64,000 nt of DNA, taken from NCBI GenBank assembly GCA_965217585.1, contig OZ244561.1, forward strand, positions 7,200,001-7,264,000, read 5' to 3'. The notes beneath the pieces are model-generated. The model was not told the origin of the DNA, did not search any database, and was given only the letters and a program-made list of their open reading frames with translations. The stretch is from Candidatus Latescibacterota bacterium (GTDB taxonomy: Bacteria > Latescibacterota > UBA2968 > UBA8231). This document shows, in pieces, positions 1 through 9,547 of the stretch. The stretch's first letter is position 1; every line of letters begins with the position of its first letter. A program made the translations under genes and the position numbers.

Positions 1-1559
1 CCATAATCGTAGCACAAGTAGATCATAAAGCTGGTGGTCGCGACAAAGCTGACTACGACCGCCAAGACAATGGCCAAGGCCAGCCCCCCACTGCGTCGAT
101 GCGTGTAGTAATCGTGCAGCTTGAGCGCGTTGGCTGCCGAGGGCATAAAGGTGGATTGCACATCGCTGCACCACGCAAAAGTCAGCGCCAGCGCGACCAA
201 GTTCTGCGGCCCCAAGGCCGAGCCAGCCGCGGCCACAACCATGCCCTGAGCGCTCATGGGCGTCGTCAAATAGTGCAGACCTGCTTGCACCACGAGCCGC
301 GTAATACCCAAGAAGATCGTCAGCGCGGCCACCAGATAGAAAGCCGCCAAGTGCAGGTCCAAACCGCTGCGCCACAGCCAGCCGAGGATAAAACACAGCC
401 CGGTCAACCCACCACCCACGGCGACCCGATAGGAAATCATCTCGTCGGTATCGTCAATCCGCCCTGTACGGCCCAGCGCGGTGCGCCACACAGCCGCGAG
501 ATGACCCCGCGCCATCCACAAGCTCCACCCCACCATCGCCGCAAAAGCCCCCCAAGACTGCCAAGACAAGGGCGTTCCGCTGTACACAAACGGATCGGCG
601 CGCAAATTGAAAAGGCCCGTTTGACTGATCAGGCCCAGTTGCACCAAATAGAGCAGATGGAAGAACCAGACGCTGAACGAAATGGCCAGCGGGGCCAGAT
701 ACATAAACCCCAAGACTGGGAAGTACATCACTAGGTTGATGGCCGGTGCTTGGGGAATGAGGGAAAAGGCCGATCCCTGAAAGACGGGCACTTGCGCCAA
801 ACCGGGGTAAAAGTAGCTGGGAACGTTGAAGGCGATCAGGCCGAAGGGAATGGCAAAGCCGATCCAGAAGACCCGGGTCTTAAGCGCCGGCGGCAGCGCC
901 GATCCCGGAGCCTCTTCGGTCAGCATCAAGACCACCTCGGTCAGGGGGAAGGTCAGCCGCTCGCGCTCCATCCAATGCCGGCGCAACACCACCACCGAGC
1001 ACAGGCCGACGAAGTATATGGCCAGCACCAGCAGCAGCCACCACAGCAGCGGCGCAGCCCACGCCCCCCACGGAATGGCCAAATCTTTGCTCGGCAAGCC
1101 CTCGTAGAAAAAGCGCATGGCGTCGTGCGCCGGATCGGGGATGGCCCAATCCGGCAGATAGGGATGGACGTATTCGGCCCACTGGTTGGTGGGGAGCGCC
1201 CCGTAATAGGGCTTGGAGATGATGCTGAGAATTAGGCCGACGATGAAGATGGGCATGCCGCTGGCGACTAGCCCCATGATGATGATGGTGATCAACTCGG
1301 CCGCGCTGAGGGCGCGTTTGAGCAACGCGTTGCATAGGACCAGGATAAACAGCGGCGCACCCACGACAATGGGAAAGTACGACCACGTCATTTCCGACGA
1401 GCCGACCATCCATATTGAATAGGGGCTACCAATGCTGATGGCGACGACTAGCCCCAGACCGAGCAGCATAGACCGCCAGCTCAGGCCGGACCCGGGTAAT
1501 TCCACGAGGTAGTGGTCGCTGAGATGGGTGAGATAATGAGTGGGGATTTTCTTTTGCAC
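1..1559 (-). CDS. DUF6785/DUF6784-type polytopic membrane protein (putative transporter), runs off window start
   Basis: Not in ORF track. Manual translation from GTG 1559 gives MQKKIPTHY...GLSWRSMLLGLGLVVAISIGSPY...SAAELITIIIMGLV...PYYGALPTNQWAEYVHPYLPDW, parallel to the paralogues at 17.6 kb and 26.7 kb (fsxxELi; YYAtPeNxW..xxHPxL). Confidence 0.8.
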   Translation of the reverse strand, partial: MQKKIPTHYLTHLSDHYLVELPGSGLSWRSMLLGLGLVVAISIGSPYSIWMVGSSEMTWSYFPIVVGAPLFILVLCNALLKRALSAAELITIIIMGLVASGMPIFIVGLILSIISKPYYGALPTNQWAEYVHPYLPDWAIPDPAHDAMRFFYEGLPSKDLAIPWGAWAAPLLWWLLLVLAIYFVGLCSVVVLRRHWMERERLTFPLTEVVLMLTEEAPGSALPPALKTRVFWIGFAIPFGLIAFNVPSYFYPGLAQVPVFQGSAFSLIPQAPAINLVMYFPVLGFMYLAPLAISFSVWFFHLLYLVQLGLISQTGLFNLRADPFVYSGTPLSWQSWGAFAAMVGWSLWMARGHLAAVWRTALGRTGRIDDTDEMISYRVAVGGGLTGLCFILGWLWRSGLDLHLAAFYLVAALTIFLGITRLVVQAGLHYLTTPMSAQGMVVAAAGSALGPQNLVALALTFAWCSDVQSTFMPSAANALKLHDYYTHRRSGGLALAIVLAVVVSFVATTSFMIYLCYDY

Positions 1560-1646
1560 GGGGCACGCTTCTTGGCAAGATTAATGGAGGGCAAAAAAGG
1601 AGACGGTCCGTCCATCGTCAAGGTCGCCTCCTAGAAAGGAACTGGT

Positions 1647-3110
1647 ATGAGCGTCGAATTATTTCCCGGTAAGCACTTATTCGTGGACGAGCATCGCATT
1701 GAAACGCTTACCGCGGCCAAGCGGGTGCTCAACCAGCCGCAGAAGCGCCCACAGCCGGTCATGCAGGCCGAGCAGCCGTGGGAGCAAAAGGGGATTCACC
1801 TCGGCAAGGTCTTGTACGACCGCGAACTCCAGCGATTTCGTCTGTGGTACACGGCGCAGGCCGATACCGTCATTGGCACGCGGGTGTTGGTGCGGGACAA
1901 TCCACCCAGCAAGGTGCATGAATCGCACATCTGTTACGCCGAGTCGGCCGATGGAGTGCATTGGGAGCGCCCTGCACTCGACATCGTCGAACGCGAGCGC
2001 TATCCGGGCAACAACATTTGCGTGCCCTCGATGCGACCGCCGGGCCGGACCTTTTTGAGCCACCTAGTCGACGCCCCGTTTGCCGACGATCCGCAACAGC
2101 GTTTCAAGATGATTTACCTCGACCAAGCAGATGAGGGCGCAGTCGGCGGCGGCTTGGCCCCGGACCAAAGGCTGCGCTTGCACGCTCACTCGGCCGATGG
2201 CTTGCACTGGCACTCCTATCCCTGGGAAGAACACCACGTCGCCCGTCTCTTCGGCGTCTTAGCGTACTTGGACGCAGTGCCCTCTGGCCCCATCGACCCG
2301 GATGCCCGCTATATCCTCTACGGGCAGCGCGGTTCCCCGTGGAAGACCCGTCAGATTGGCCGCCGCGATAGCAGCGACTTTATCAACTGGAGCAACAACT
2401 GGCCGGTGTTGGAAAGCCGCCTCAGCGACACACCCGGACTGGAGTTTTACCACATGCAAGGGCCGATTATCAACCAAACGTACGCCGGCCTGTATCTCGG
2501 GATGCTCGGCGCGTATTACGCCGACCTGCGGCGCAAGTTCGACCCCGCACGCAACGATGGGCTAACCGAGAGCCATCTGGCCTTCAGCCGCGATTCCGTG
2601 CGCTGGGAGCGCTGGGACGCGCCCTTTATTCCGCGCGGCGAGGCCGGGACTTTTGATTGGGGCGGCGTGTATTGCGAATACCCAGCTATCGGCGACGACC
2701 AGCTCTATTTCATGTACACCGGCGAGAGCACGCGCCACGGCATTTCCGGCCTGCCTAACTTTGGCTTGGCGACCTTGCGGCTCGACGGATTTGTCTCGGT
2801 TGAAACGGTCGGCTTTATGGAGGGGAAGCTCGTCACCCGGCCGCATCACTGGAATGCGGCCGAGGTGCGGGTCAACGTGCAATCGCCCACAGGCGGCTTG
2901 AAGGTGCAGCTCCAGGATGAAACTGGGCGGGCGTTTGCGGGCTTTGGCGCGGAGGATTGCGAACCCATCGTTGACGACTCCTTAGATGCGCCCGTGCGCT
3001 GGCGTGGTTCGGGCAACGTGCGCTCGTTGAGCGACAAAATGGTCGCGCTCCAGTTTAGCTTCTTGCCGGAGGACAAACTGTATTCATATACGCTGTGTGC
3101 GGAGAGTTGA
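1647..3110 (+). CDS. Five-bladed beta-propeller glycoside-hydrolase-like protein (GH32/43/130-like)
   Basis: Repeated S.DG.HW motifs (YAESADGVHWERP, HSADGLHW, FSRDSVRWER), HLFVD at N-terminus, ATLRLDGFVS; RBS AAGGA upstream. Confidence 0.65.
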   Translation: MSVELFPGKHLFVDEHRIETLTAAKRVLNQPQKRPQPVMQAEQPWEQKGIHLGKVLYDRELQRFRLWYTAQADTVIGTRVLVRDNPPSKVHESHICYAESADGVHWERPALDIVERERYPGNNICVPSMRPPGRTFLSHLVDAPFADDPQQRFKMIYLDQADEGAVGGGLAPDQRLRLHAHSADGLHWHSYPWEEHHVARLFGVLAYLDAVPSGPIDPDARYILYGQRGSPWKTRQIGRRDSSDFINWSNNWPVLESRLSDTPGLEFYHMQGPIINQTYAGLYLGMLGAYYADLRRKFDPARNDGLTESHLAFSRDSVRWERWDAPFIPRGEAGTFDWGGVYCEYPAIGDDQLYFMYTGESTRHGISGLPNFGLATLRLDGFVSVETVGFMEGKLVTRPHHWNAAEVRVNVQSPTGGLKVQLQDETGRAFAGFGAEDCEPIVDDSLDAPVRWRGSGNVRSLSDKMVALQFSFLPEDKLYSYTLCAES

Positions 3111-3391
3111 CTTTGGAGCGAGGTCAAGAACCGTCTATTCAACGGTTCATCTTGAAGTGGCCGGCAGCAACGCGGCTGTCGGCAGCCGGCGTATGGCCGC
3201 GCCAGCCTGTTGGTCGGCGGCGACCAGATCGAACTGCGCCTGCAGGTTCAACCAAAATTGAGGCTCTACGCCGAACCGGTGTCCAAACCGCAAGGCCGTG
3301 TCGCCCGTCACTGACCGCTCTAGTAGGTTGACAGTGGTCTAGTCATCTATACAGATGTATAACTTAATTCAGAATATCGGGAGGTGGTAGC

Positions 3392-4237
3392 ATGACCACT
3401 CTAACAGCCGTTGAATCGGCAACATCCGTCGAAGATCCCCAAATACTGTACGGTGATTGCCTAGAAGTGATCCAGTCCGGCAGGGTCAAGGCTGAATCGG
3501 TCAATCTAATCTTCACTTCGCCGCCCTATGCCGATCAGAGGAAAAACAACTACGGCGGCATCCACCCGGACGAGTATGTGCAGTGGTTCTTGCCGAGGGC
3601 GGAGGCGCTGAAGAAGTGCCTCAAGCCGGACGGCTCATTCGTTCTGAACATCAAGGAAAAGGCGGTTGGCGGCCAAAGGCACACTTATGTCCTAGAACTC
3701 ATACTGGCCCTGAAGCAACAGGGCTGGCTATGGGTTGAGGAATACTGCTGGCACAAAAAGAATTGCTATCCGGGTAAGTGGCCCAATCGGTTTAGAGATT
3801 CGTGGGAGCGTTTGCTGCACTTCACGATTAACAAGAAGTTCAAGATGCGGCAAGAATCTGTGATGGTACCGATGGGCGACTGGAAGACGGCGCGGCTGCG
3901 GAATCTGTCAAAAACCGATTACACCAGAGACGAGTCAAAGAACGAAAACGGCTTTGGTAAGAAGGTCGAAAACTGGATTGGGCGCGACATGGCGTACCCG
4001 ACAAATGTCCTGCATCTATCTACAGAGTGCGGCTACAAGGGCCATCCAGCCGCATTCCCACTATCTCTACCCAACTGGTTCATTCGCTTATTCACTGATC
4101 CGGGCGATATGGTTCTCGATCCATTCGCCGGTTCGGGCACTACGCTGGTTGCCGCTAGGGATCTCGACCGGGACAGCATAGGCATTGATACGTCCTTGGA
4201 CTACTGCGATCTAATGCGCGAGAGGCTGTCAAAATGA
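3392..4237 (+). CDS. Site-specific DNA methyltransferase, beta class (N4-C/N6-A), orphan
   Basis: Catalytic FTSPPY precedes SAM-binding VLDPFAGSGTT; HPAAFP motif; RBS GGAGGT. Confidence 0.9.
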   Translation: MTTLTAVESATSVEDPQILYGDCLEVIQSGRVKAESVNLIFTSPPYADQRKNNYGGIHPDEYVQWFLPRAEALKKCLKPDGSFVLNIKEKAVGGQRHTYVLELILALKQQGWLWVEEYCWHKKNCYPGKWPNRFRDSWERLLHFTINKKFKMRQESVMVPMGDWKTARLRNLSKTDYTRDESKNENGFGKKVENWIGRDMAYPTNVLHLSTECGYKGHPAAFPLSLPNWFIRLFTDPGDMVLDPFAGSGTTLVAARDLDRDSIGIDTSLDYCDLMRERLSK

Positions 4238-4317
4238 ACCCGGCGGAGGCGGAGACCGACTGCCGCGGGGGAAGGAAATAGAGCTTCAAGAGAAAGGCGC
4301 GTGGGGACGCCGGGTGC

Positions 4318-4653
4318 TCAGAGCTTGATGACGGCGATGAGGACGCCGGTCATGGTCACCAACATGCCCATCATCCAAAGGAAATAGGCGTCCATGCGCT
4401 TGTGGACGGCTCGAATCTGTTCGCTCAACGAGCGGTGGAGCTCGTCAATGCGGTCATTGGTCTCATTTATACGGTCGCCCAACGAGCGATTGGTCTCGTT
4501 AATGCGATTATTGGTTTCATTTATAAGGTCGTCCAACGAGCGGTGGAGCTCGTCAATACTGTTGTTGACGGCCCCTAATTGGGTACGCAGATCTTGACGT
4601 AGGTCTTGAAGTTTGGGGGTCGCACGGGTTTGGGGGTCGGTACTTTCGCTCAT
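4318..4653 (-). CDS. Small coiled-coil repeat protein with C-terminal membrane anchor (DUF1640/Bdr-like)
   Basis: Likely start MSESTDPQ after GAGGA; repeats IDELHRSL/INETNxRI; hydrophobic tail FLWMMGMLVTMTGVLIAVIKL. Confidence 0.65.
   Translation of the reverse strand: MSESTDPQTRATPKLQDLRQDLRTQLGAVNNSIDELHRSLDDLINETNNRINETNRSLGDRINETNDRIDELHRSLSEQIRAVHKRMDAYFLWMMGMLVTMTGVLIAVIKL
4426..4557. repeat. 54-bp period intragenic tandem repeat (~2.5 units)
   Basis: caacgagcg at 4426, 4480 and 4534; 24-mer caacgagcggtggagctcgtcaat identical at 4426 and 4534. Confidence 0.85.
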
Positions 4654-4735
4654 GGCTAGTTTCCTCAGCGGAAATATAAACGAAGGACTAAAAACCACCA
4701 ACAGGCGGCTTCCGCTCAAGCGCCGCGAGACTTCC

Positions 4736-6712
4736 CTACGGCCTCAGTTGGTCTTCCACGATCCGCAAAAAACGCGCCTCCTGTCCAACCTCTCCTCCCA
4801 CCAAACGAGCGTATTCCCGCGCATCCTCCACCCGCCCAGCCCAAACCAATTCTACCGCCAATGCCTGAAACAAACTCAACGCATAGCGGCGGCGAAAATC
4901 CTCAGCCAAAAAAGCTCGTTCCAAATGCAGCAAGGCCGGCTCGTGTTCTTCAAGCAGATGGTAGAGCTGACCCTTGGTAAAATCGACAAAGGACGCGCCC
5001 ACCGCCGGATCGTGCGCGAGAAACCCCGCCCGTTTCAGCGCCGCCCGCACCTCGTCCCGCTGCTCATCGGTAAGCGCCATCCCCTGCATCTTGATGCACC
5101 ACCCCCACTGCACCGCCGCCCACAACCCGCGCCGCGTAAACGGCACCTCGCGGCACGCCGCCGCGTAGTGAACCTGCGCCCGCGCAAAATCCTGTTCGCT
5201 AAAAAGCTGATCCGCCACCGCCAGCACCAACGGCCCCTGCTGCATCCACTGCTCAACGCCGCGCCGTTCCCCCGGCGACAGTCGCTGCCCCTCCATGGCC
5301 GCCAGTTGTTTTAGATAGCGCACATTGTGCCCATTGTATTGGTGCAAGGGCGCTTGCGCGAGCATCGCTCCCATCTTGTTGTACGCCACCACGCGCTCCA
5401 CCGGCAAGTCGCCTAACGCGCGCCGATACGCCTCCGCGCTCCGCAGCAATCCCAAGTCAATGGCCTGCAATTCGGCGACACTGTGAAGAACAGTCCGCGC
5501 CAACAAAGCCTGCCCGGCAACAGAAAAATGGACGTGATCCACCATCCACTCCCAACCCACGCCCTGCGCGGGCGCAGCGGCCGCAAACGCAGCCTCCACA
5601 TCCGCCAACACAGCCCCATGCTCTTTAGCAACTGCGCGAATCACCGCATTGTGCGCCGTGGGAGCGCGCCACGGCATGGTGTCCAAATCCCGCGCCTTGC
5701 GAAAGGCCCGCTGCGCTTGGGCATCCCGCCCCAACCGCTCCAACGCCCGGCCTTGCAAATACCACAACCAAGCGTGCTCGCTCGACAGGGCCGCCGCTTG
5801 CTCCAATTGCTGCAGTGCGTCCTCAGCATCATCCGGCGCAACGTAACCCCGCGTCAGTACCTGCGCCGCTTGCTCCACCCGCGCCTTCCACCCCTCGCCC
5901 CCTTCCGTCGATCCCACCGGCGCAAATCCCGCGTCATTCGCCACAATAGTACACAGCACCAAAGGCACCTGCGCTCGCTCGCAGACCCGACCCACGCGCC
6001 GCAAGTTGTCGCGCAAATTCTGTTCAGCCATCGCTCGACCGGGGCCGTGCAATGGCACCTCGCCGCGCGCAGCCGCCATTTTTATCAAATCCGTCGGCTC
6101 GTCCCTTGCCCCAATGCCCCCTAGCAATCCATCCACCAGATGCGTCAAATGCAGTTGCCGCAAAAAGTACTGTAGCCGCTGGTGCCGCCCGGCCCCGTAC
6201 AACCCGTAGAATTCGTTGTGCCCGGTATAGACGACGACCAGATCCGGCGACAGCACCAACGCATCTTCCACTACTTGCGCCACCGCAAAGCTGGCAATGG
6301 ACGTGATGCCCAAATTGACGACCTCCACCTCCCGCTCCGGCCACGCATCCGCTAGCATCGCCTGCAAAAAGGACGCCGCCGCCAAACGCCGCGGATGAGG
6401 GAACCCCTGCACAGTGGAAGCCCCGACAAAAACGATGCGATAGCGGTTAGCCGGCGCAGGTTCCACAAAGAAGTGCTCGCCCATCTGCCCTGCCGCGGCC
6501 AGCCGGCCCTTGTATTGCGCGAAAAATCGCTGCGCATAAAACCGACTCGTCGCGTGCAGCGATTCGCCAGTCGCCTCATCCTCGGCCAAGGTTGCGACCA
6601 AAGGCGCTGGCCCCAATCCCGGCACGAGCCGCAGCAGCCCCTCGGCCACCACCACCAAAGCCACGCCGACCCCCAAGGCCACCAAGCGCAAAAACCAGAC
6701 TCTAGTCGTCAC
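4736..6712 (-). CDS. Membrane-anchored SGNH/GDSL hydrolase-like protein with TPR repeats
   Basis: N-terminal TM; VGAST block I, VVNLG, YTGHNE, DHVH (DxxH); TPR-like helices. Confidence 0.75.
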   Translation of the reverse strand: MTTRVWFLRLVALGVGVALVVVAEGLLRLVPGLGPAPLVATLAEDEATGESLHATSRFYAQRFFAQYKGRLAAAGQMGEHFFVEPAPANRYRIVFVGASTVQGFPHPRRLAAASFLQAMLADAWPEREVEVVNLGITSIASFAVAQVVEDALVLSPDLVVVYTGHNEFYGLYGAGRHQRLQYFLRQLHLTHLVDGLLGGIGARDEPTDLIKMAAARGEVPLHGPGRAMAEQNLRDNLRRVGRVCERAQVPLVLCTIVANDAGFAPVGSTEGGEGWKARVEQAAQVLTRGYVAPDDAEDALQQLEQAAALSSEHAWLWYLQGRALERLGRDAQAQRAFRKARDLDTMPWRAPTAHNAVIRAVAKEHGAVLADVEAAFAAAAPAQGVGWEWMVDHVHFSVAGQALLARTVLHSVAELQAIDLGLLRSAEAYRRALGDLPVERVVAYNKMGAMLAQAPLHQYNGHNVRYLKQLAAMEGQRLSPGERRGVEQWMQQGPLVLAVADQLFSEQDFARAQVHYAAACREVPFTRRGLWAAVQWGWCIKMQGMALTDEQRDEVRAALKRAGFLAHDPAVGASFVDFTKGQLYHLLEEHEPALLHLERAFLAEDFRRRYALSLFQALAVELVWAGRVEDAREYARLVGGEVGQEARFLRIVEDQLRP

Positions 6713-8412
6713 TTGGCCCCTCGCGGTCGCCCCAGCATTGCGTACACCCGCTCCAACGCCGCATCTATATCCTCACGCGGTGCCGCCACCACAGCCTGTT
6801 CGAGAACCTTGACCGCCTGCTGATATTGCCCCAACCCCACATAGACGCCAGCCACATTGCTCCACACGTCAGCGCGTTCCCGCTCGTGCTCCAACACGTT
6901 CAGGAGGATGGGCAGCGCGCCGCGCAAATCACCGCGCATCGCCCGCAGTGAACCGAGGTTGAACCAAGCCTGCCAATACGTCGAGTCGAGCCGCGTGGCC
7001 TGTTCGTATTTCAGCAGCGCCAGTTCGTAGCGGCCTTGTTGCAGATAGGCGTTGCCCAAGTCGTTGTGCGTGGCGGCCTTGCCCTGCCCATCCATCGCTG
7101 GCAGATCCCAATTCACCAACAGCAACAAGAGGGCGAGGAAAACCGTTGGCCAAAGCGCTTGGCGCAAGGATTGTTGCCGCCATCTCGCATACAGCCAGCT
7201 CCCTCCGTACACAGCGAACAGAATCAGCAGCGGAACGATCGGCAGGCGATAGCGAGCCGCAACAAAAAAGGAGATCACCGCGAAACTATAGCCGAGGACG
7301 AAAAGCACCGGCGGTGCAATGCCCTGCCGCCGGATGTACACCAGCAAACCCAACAGCGCGAACGGGCTTACCAAGCCAAAGGGAAAAGCCACCCCCCATT
7401 TCCACAAAGTACCAGCGAGCACGTTTGAATACTTCCGCCAATAGTACATTTCCTGATTGCGCTCTATTTCATCACCCCGCCAGAACTGGACTATTTTTGT
7501 CGCCAACAATCCCATGTAAGCGAGAGGCGCATTCTGCATGTGCTCAAGAGCCTGCATATAAAAGAACTGGGACTTGGCGGAAGGGCGGGTGATCCCTTCC
7601 CGCAGCGGCAGAGCAACCAATTCCTCCCATTCCCATCCCGGGCGCAACGCGACCGTCTGTTCGGCGTTTGCGTTGTTCCCTATGTAGAAATTCACCCCCC
7701 CGTTATAGGAGATCGGCACGATATCCCCGCCGATGGTGTAATTTCTCAGCGTTACCGGAGCAATCGCCAGCACCGCCCCCAGCAGAAAAGCAACGACTGC
7801 CAACGCGGCGTTTTTCCGCAACCAATAGAACAGCCAGATAGCCACGCCTATGATCAAGGGCGCGAGGATCGCCGCGGTAAGAGATGCGAGGCCCAACGCA
7901 AAACCTGCGGCTATAAAAATGAGCCTCGTCGGCCGCTCGACCGCACGCATTAACAGCAGGATACTTACAAGGGTCAAAAGAGTGGCTAGCCCAGCCGGCA
8001 AAAGCCGAGCGTCAAAGTAGATCAGCGGCCCATACACCGCCGCAATAAGGCCGCCGATAAAACCGACACCTGGGCCAAAAAGCCGCCCAACCAAGCACAG
8101 CAACACACAGGTAAGGCTGCCGATTAGCGCCTGCGCAAAGCGGGATACGTAGTAAAAGGATTCTGGGAATACGAGCTTGATTACGCCGAGGAAATAAGGA
8201 TAGAGCGGAGGTTGCCAGAACGGACCTTGGCCGCGTCCCAACCAGTTGCCTGCGGCTAGGCTGGCCGCCTGTTCGGAATAGGTGGCCGCGTCCACCGCCG
8301 GCATAGTAAAAAGAGGACTAGCCGACATCTGGAACGCATGCACCAAACGCAGACTCAGCGCCAGCGCCCCAATGCCCGCAGCCGTCCACCCCCAATGCCA
8401 GGGTCGCCTCAT
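6709..8412 (-). CDS. GT39/PMT-like membrane glycosyltransferase with C-terminal TPRs
   Basis: VDAATY loop, FWQPPLYPYFL, GGVNFYIGNN, ARYRLP; many TMs; TPRs HNDLGNAY, AWFNLGSL. Confidence 0.8.
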   Translation of the reverse strand: MRRPWHWGWTAAGIGALALSLRLVHAFQMSASPLFTMPAVDAATYSEQAASLAAGNWLGRGQGPFWQPPLYPYFLGVIKLVFPESFYYVSRFAQALIGSLTCVLLCLVGRLFGPGVGFIGGLIAAVYGPLIYFDARLLPAGLATLLTLVSILLLMRAVERPTRLIFIAAGFALGLASLTAAILAPLIIGVAIWLFYWLRKNAALAVVAFLLGAVLAIAPVTLRNYTIGGDIVPISYNGGVNFYIGNNANAEQTVALRPGWEWEELVALPLREGITRPSAKSQFFYMQALEHMQNAPLAYMGLLATKIVQFWRGDEIERNQEMYYWRKYSNVLAGTLWKWGVAFPFGLVSPFALLGLLVYIRRQGIAPPVLFVLGYSFAVISFFVAARYRLPIVPLLILFAVYGGSWLYARWRQQSLRQALWPTVFLALLLLLVNWDLPAMDGQGKAATHNDLGNAYLQQGRYELALLKYEQATRLDSTYWQAWFNLGSLRAMRGDLRGALPILLNVLEHERERADVWSNVAGVYVGLGQYQQAVKVLEQAVVAAPREDIDAALERVYAMLGRPRGAK

Positions 8413-8433
8413 AGGACTCTCAGTTCGACCGTT

Positions 8434-9531
8434 TTAGCGGACGATCACGTCCCACACCTTCGACATCCGCGCCTTCCCCTCGGGACCTGCGACGTAGAGC
8501 GTGACTGTATAGGTCGTCCCAGGCTCTGCGTACTGGTGGATGGGGTGTTGCTCGGTCGAGGTCTTGCCGTCGCCGAAATCCCAGCGCCACGAGCGGATAT
8601 CCCCGTAGGACAAATCCTTGAAAGCGACCAAGCGGCGTTCCATATCGAGGACGGTAAATGCCCATTGCGCTTCGACCGGGTCGCGAAAGGCTTTTTCCAG
8701 CGGCATCAGCCGGAAGCCGACCAGTTCGGAGGCGTTGCCGAACATGGTCGTCTTGTGGGATAGGTTCCAAAAGCCCTCGAACTCCTGCTGTTTGACCTCG
8801 ACATCATCGTAGTCGAGGATGCACCAAGTCAGGCCGACCAAGGCGTCCTCTTCGAGCTTCGACTCCACGGCGCGCTCCGGCCCGTCGGCGGGGGCGTAGT
8901 CGAAAGGGGTGATCCAGAATTCGAGCGCGTAGCGCCCGCTGTCGCCCGGCGCAAAATCGTAGCGCGCCGCCGCATTGGCCCAAGGCAGCTCGTAGATCCA
9001 CTGATTGGCACCCCAGACCATAGTCCAGGGCTTGCCGTCGGCCGGGGTCAGGACGTGGTAGTTCTGGGCGTGGACGCCGTGGAATTTGAAGTGGCCGTCG
9101 AGGCCCTCCAGCCCGTTGGTGTCCTTGTCCTCGCGCAGTTGGGGGATCAAAGGACCGCCGGACAAATCGCCATCGACGACGATCTCCAAAATGTCGTTGT
9201 GCAGATCGCGGTGGCTGAAATCCCAGTAGTCGTCATAGGCTTCGTAGAGGAAGTAGAGTCGGTTTAGCCCCTTGACCCAGCCGACGCGCACGGTGACGTC
9301 TAGATCGGTGGTATCGATCGGGCTGTGGTGTACGGTGTCTTGCAACTGATCGATGCCGATGGCGTAGTCAGCAGGAACCATGCCCCAGTCGGATACATCT
9401 CCATCGACGCGGGGGATCTGATCGGCGGGGAACTGAAAAATTTTGAAGGTGGTATCCGGCCGTTCCAGTGCGGCGGCGGACAGTGCCCACAGCACGCCAA
9501 CGATTAGGATCGCGCTGCAGCTTCTTTGCAT
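8434..9531 (-). CDS. Secreted CBM9-like sugar-binding protein with C-terminal PKD domain
   Basis: Signal peptide; PRVDGDVSDW; PKD signature WRWDFGDGKTSTEQHPIHQY...YTVTL. Confidence 0.75.
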   Translation of the reverse strand: MQRSCSAILIVGVLWALSAAALERPDTTFKIFQFPADQIPRVDGDVSDWGMVPADYAIGIDQLQDTVHHSPIDTTDLDVTVRVGWVKGLNRLYFLYEAYDDYWDFSHRDLHNDILEIVVDGDLSGGPLIPQLREDKDTNGLEGLDGHFKFHGVHAQNYHVLTPADGKPWTMVWGANQWIYELPWANAAARYDFAPGDSGRYALEFWITPFDYAPADGPERAVESKLEEDALVGLTWCILDYDDVEVKQQEFEGFWNLSHKTTMFGNASELVGFRLMPLEKAFRDPVEAQWAFTVLDMERRLVAFKDLSYGDIRSWRWDFGDGKTSTEQHPIHQYAEPGTTYTVTLYVAGPEGKARMSKVWDVIVR

Positions 9532-9547
9532 GTGTCGGTTCCTCCGC

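Noticed and set aside
99-1422. Plus-strand ORFs at window start and other long antisense ORFs (e.g. 9443-10459, 42438-43376)
   Set aside because: Shadow frames of high-GC genes on the opposite strand; Arg/Pro-rich with no recognisable motifs.
3111-3330. Possible gene remnant or hairpin between the propeller gene and the MTase
   Set aside because: A short open frame and an imperfect inverted repeat exist but could not be assigned to any family.
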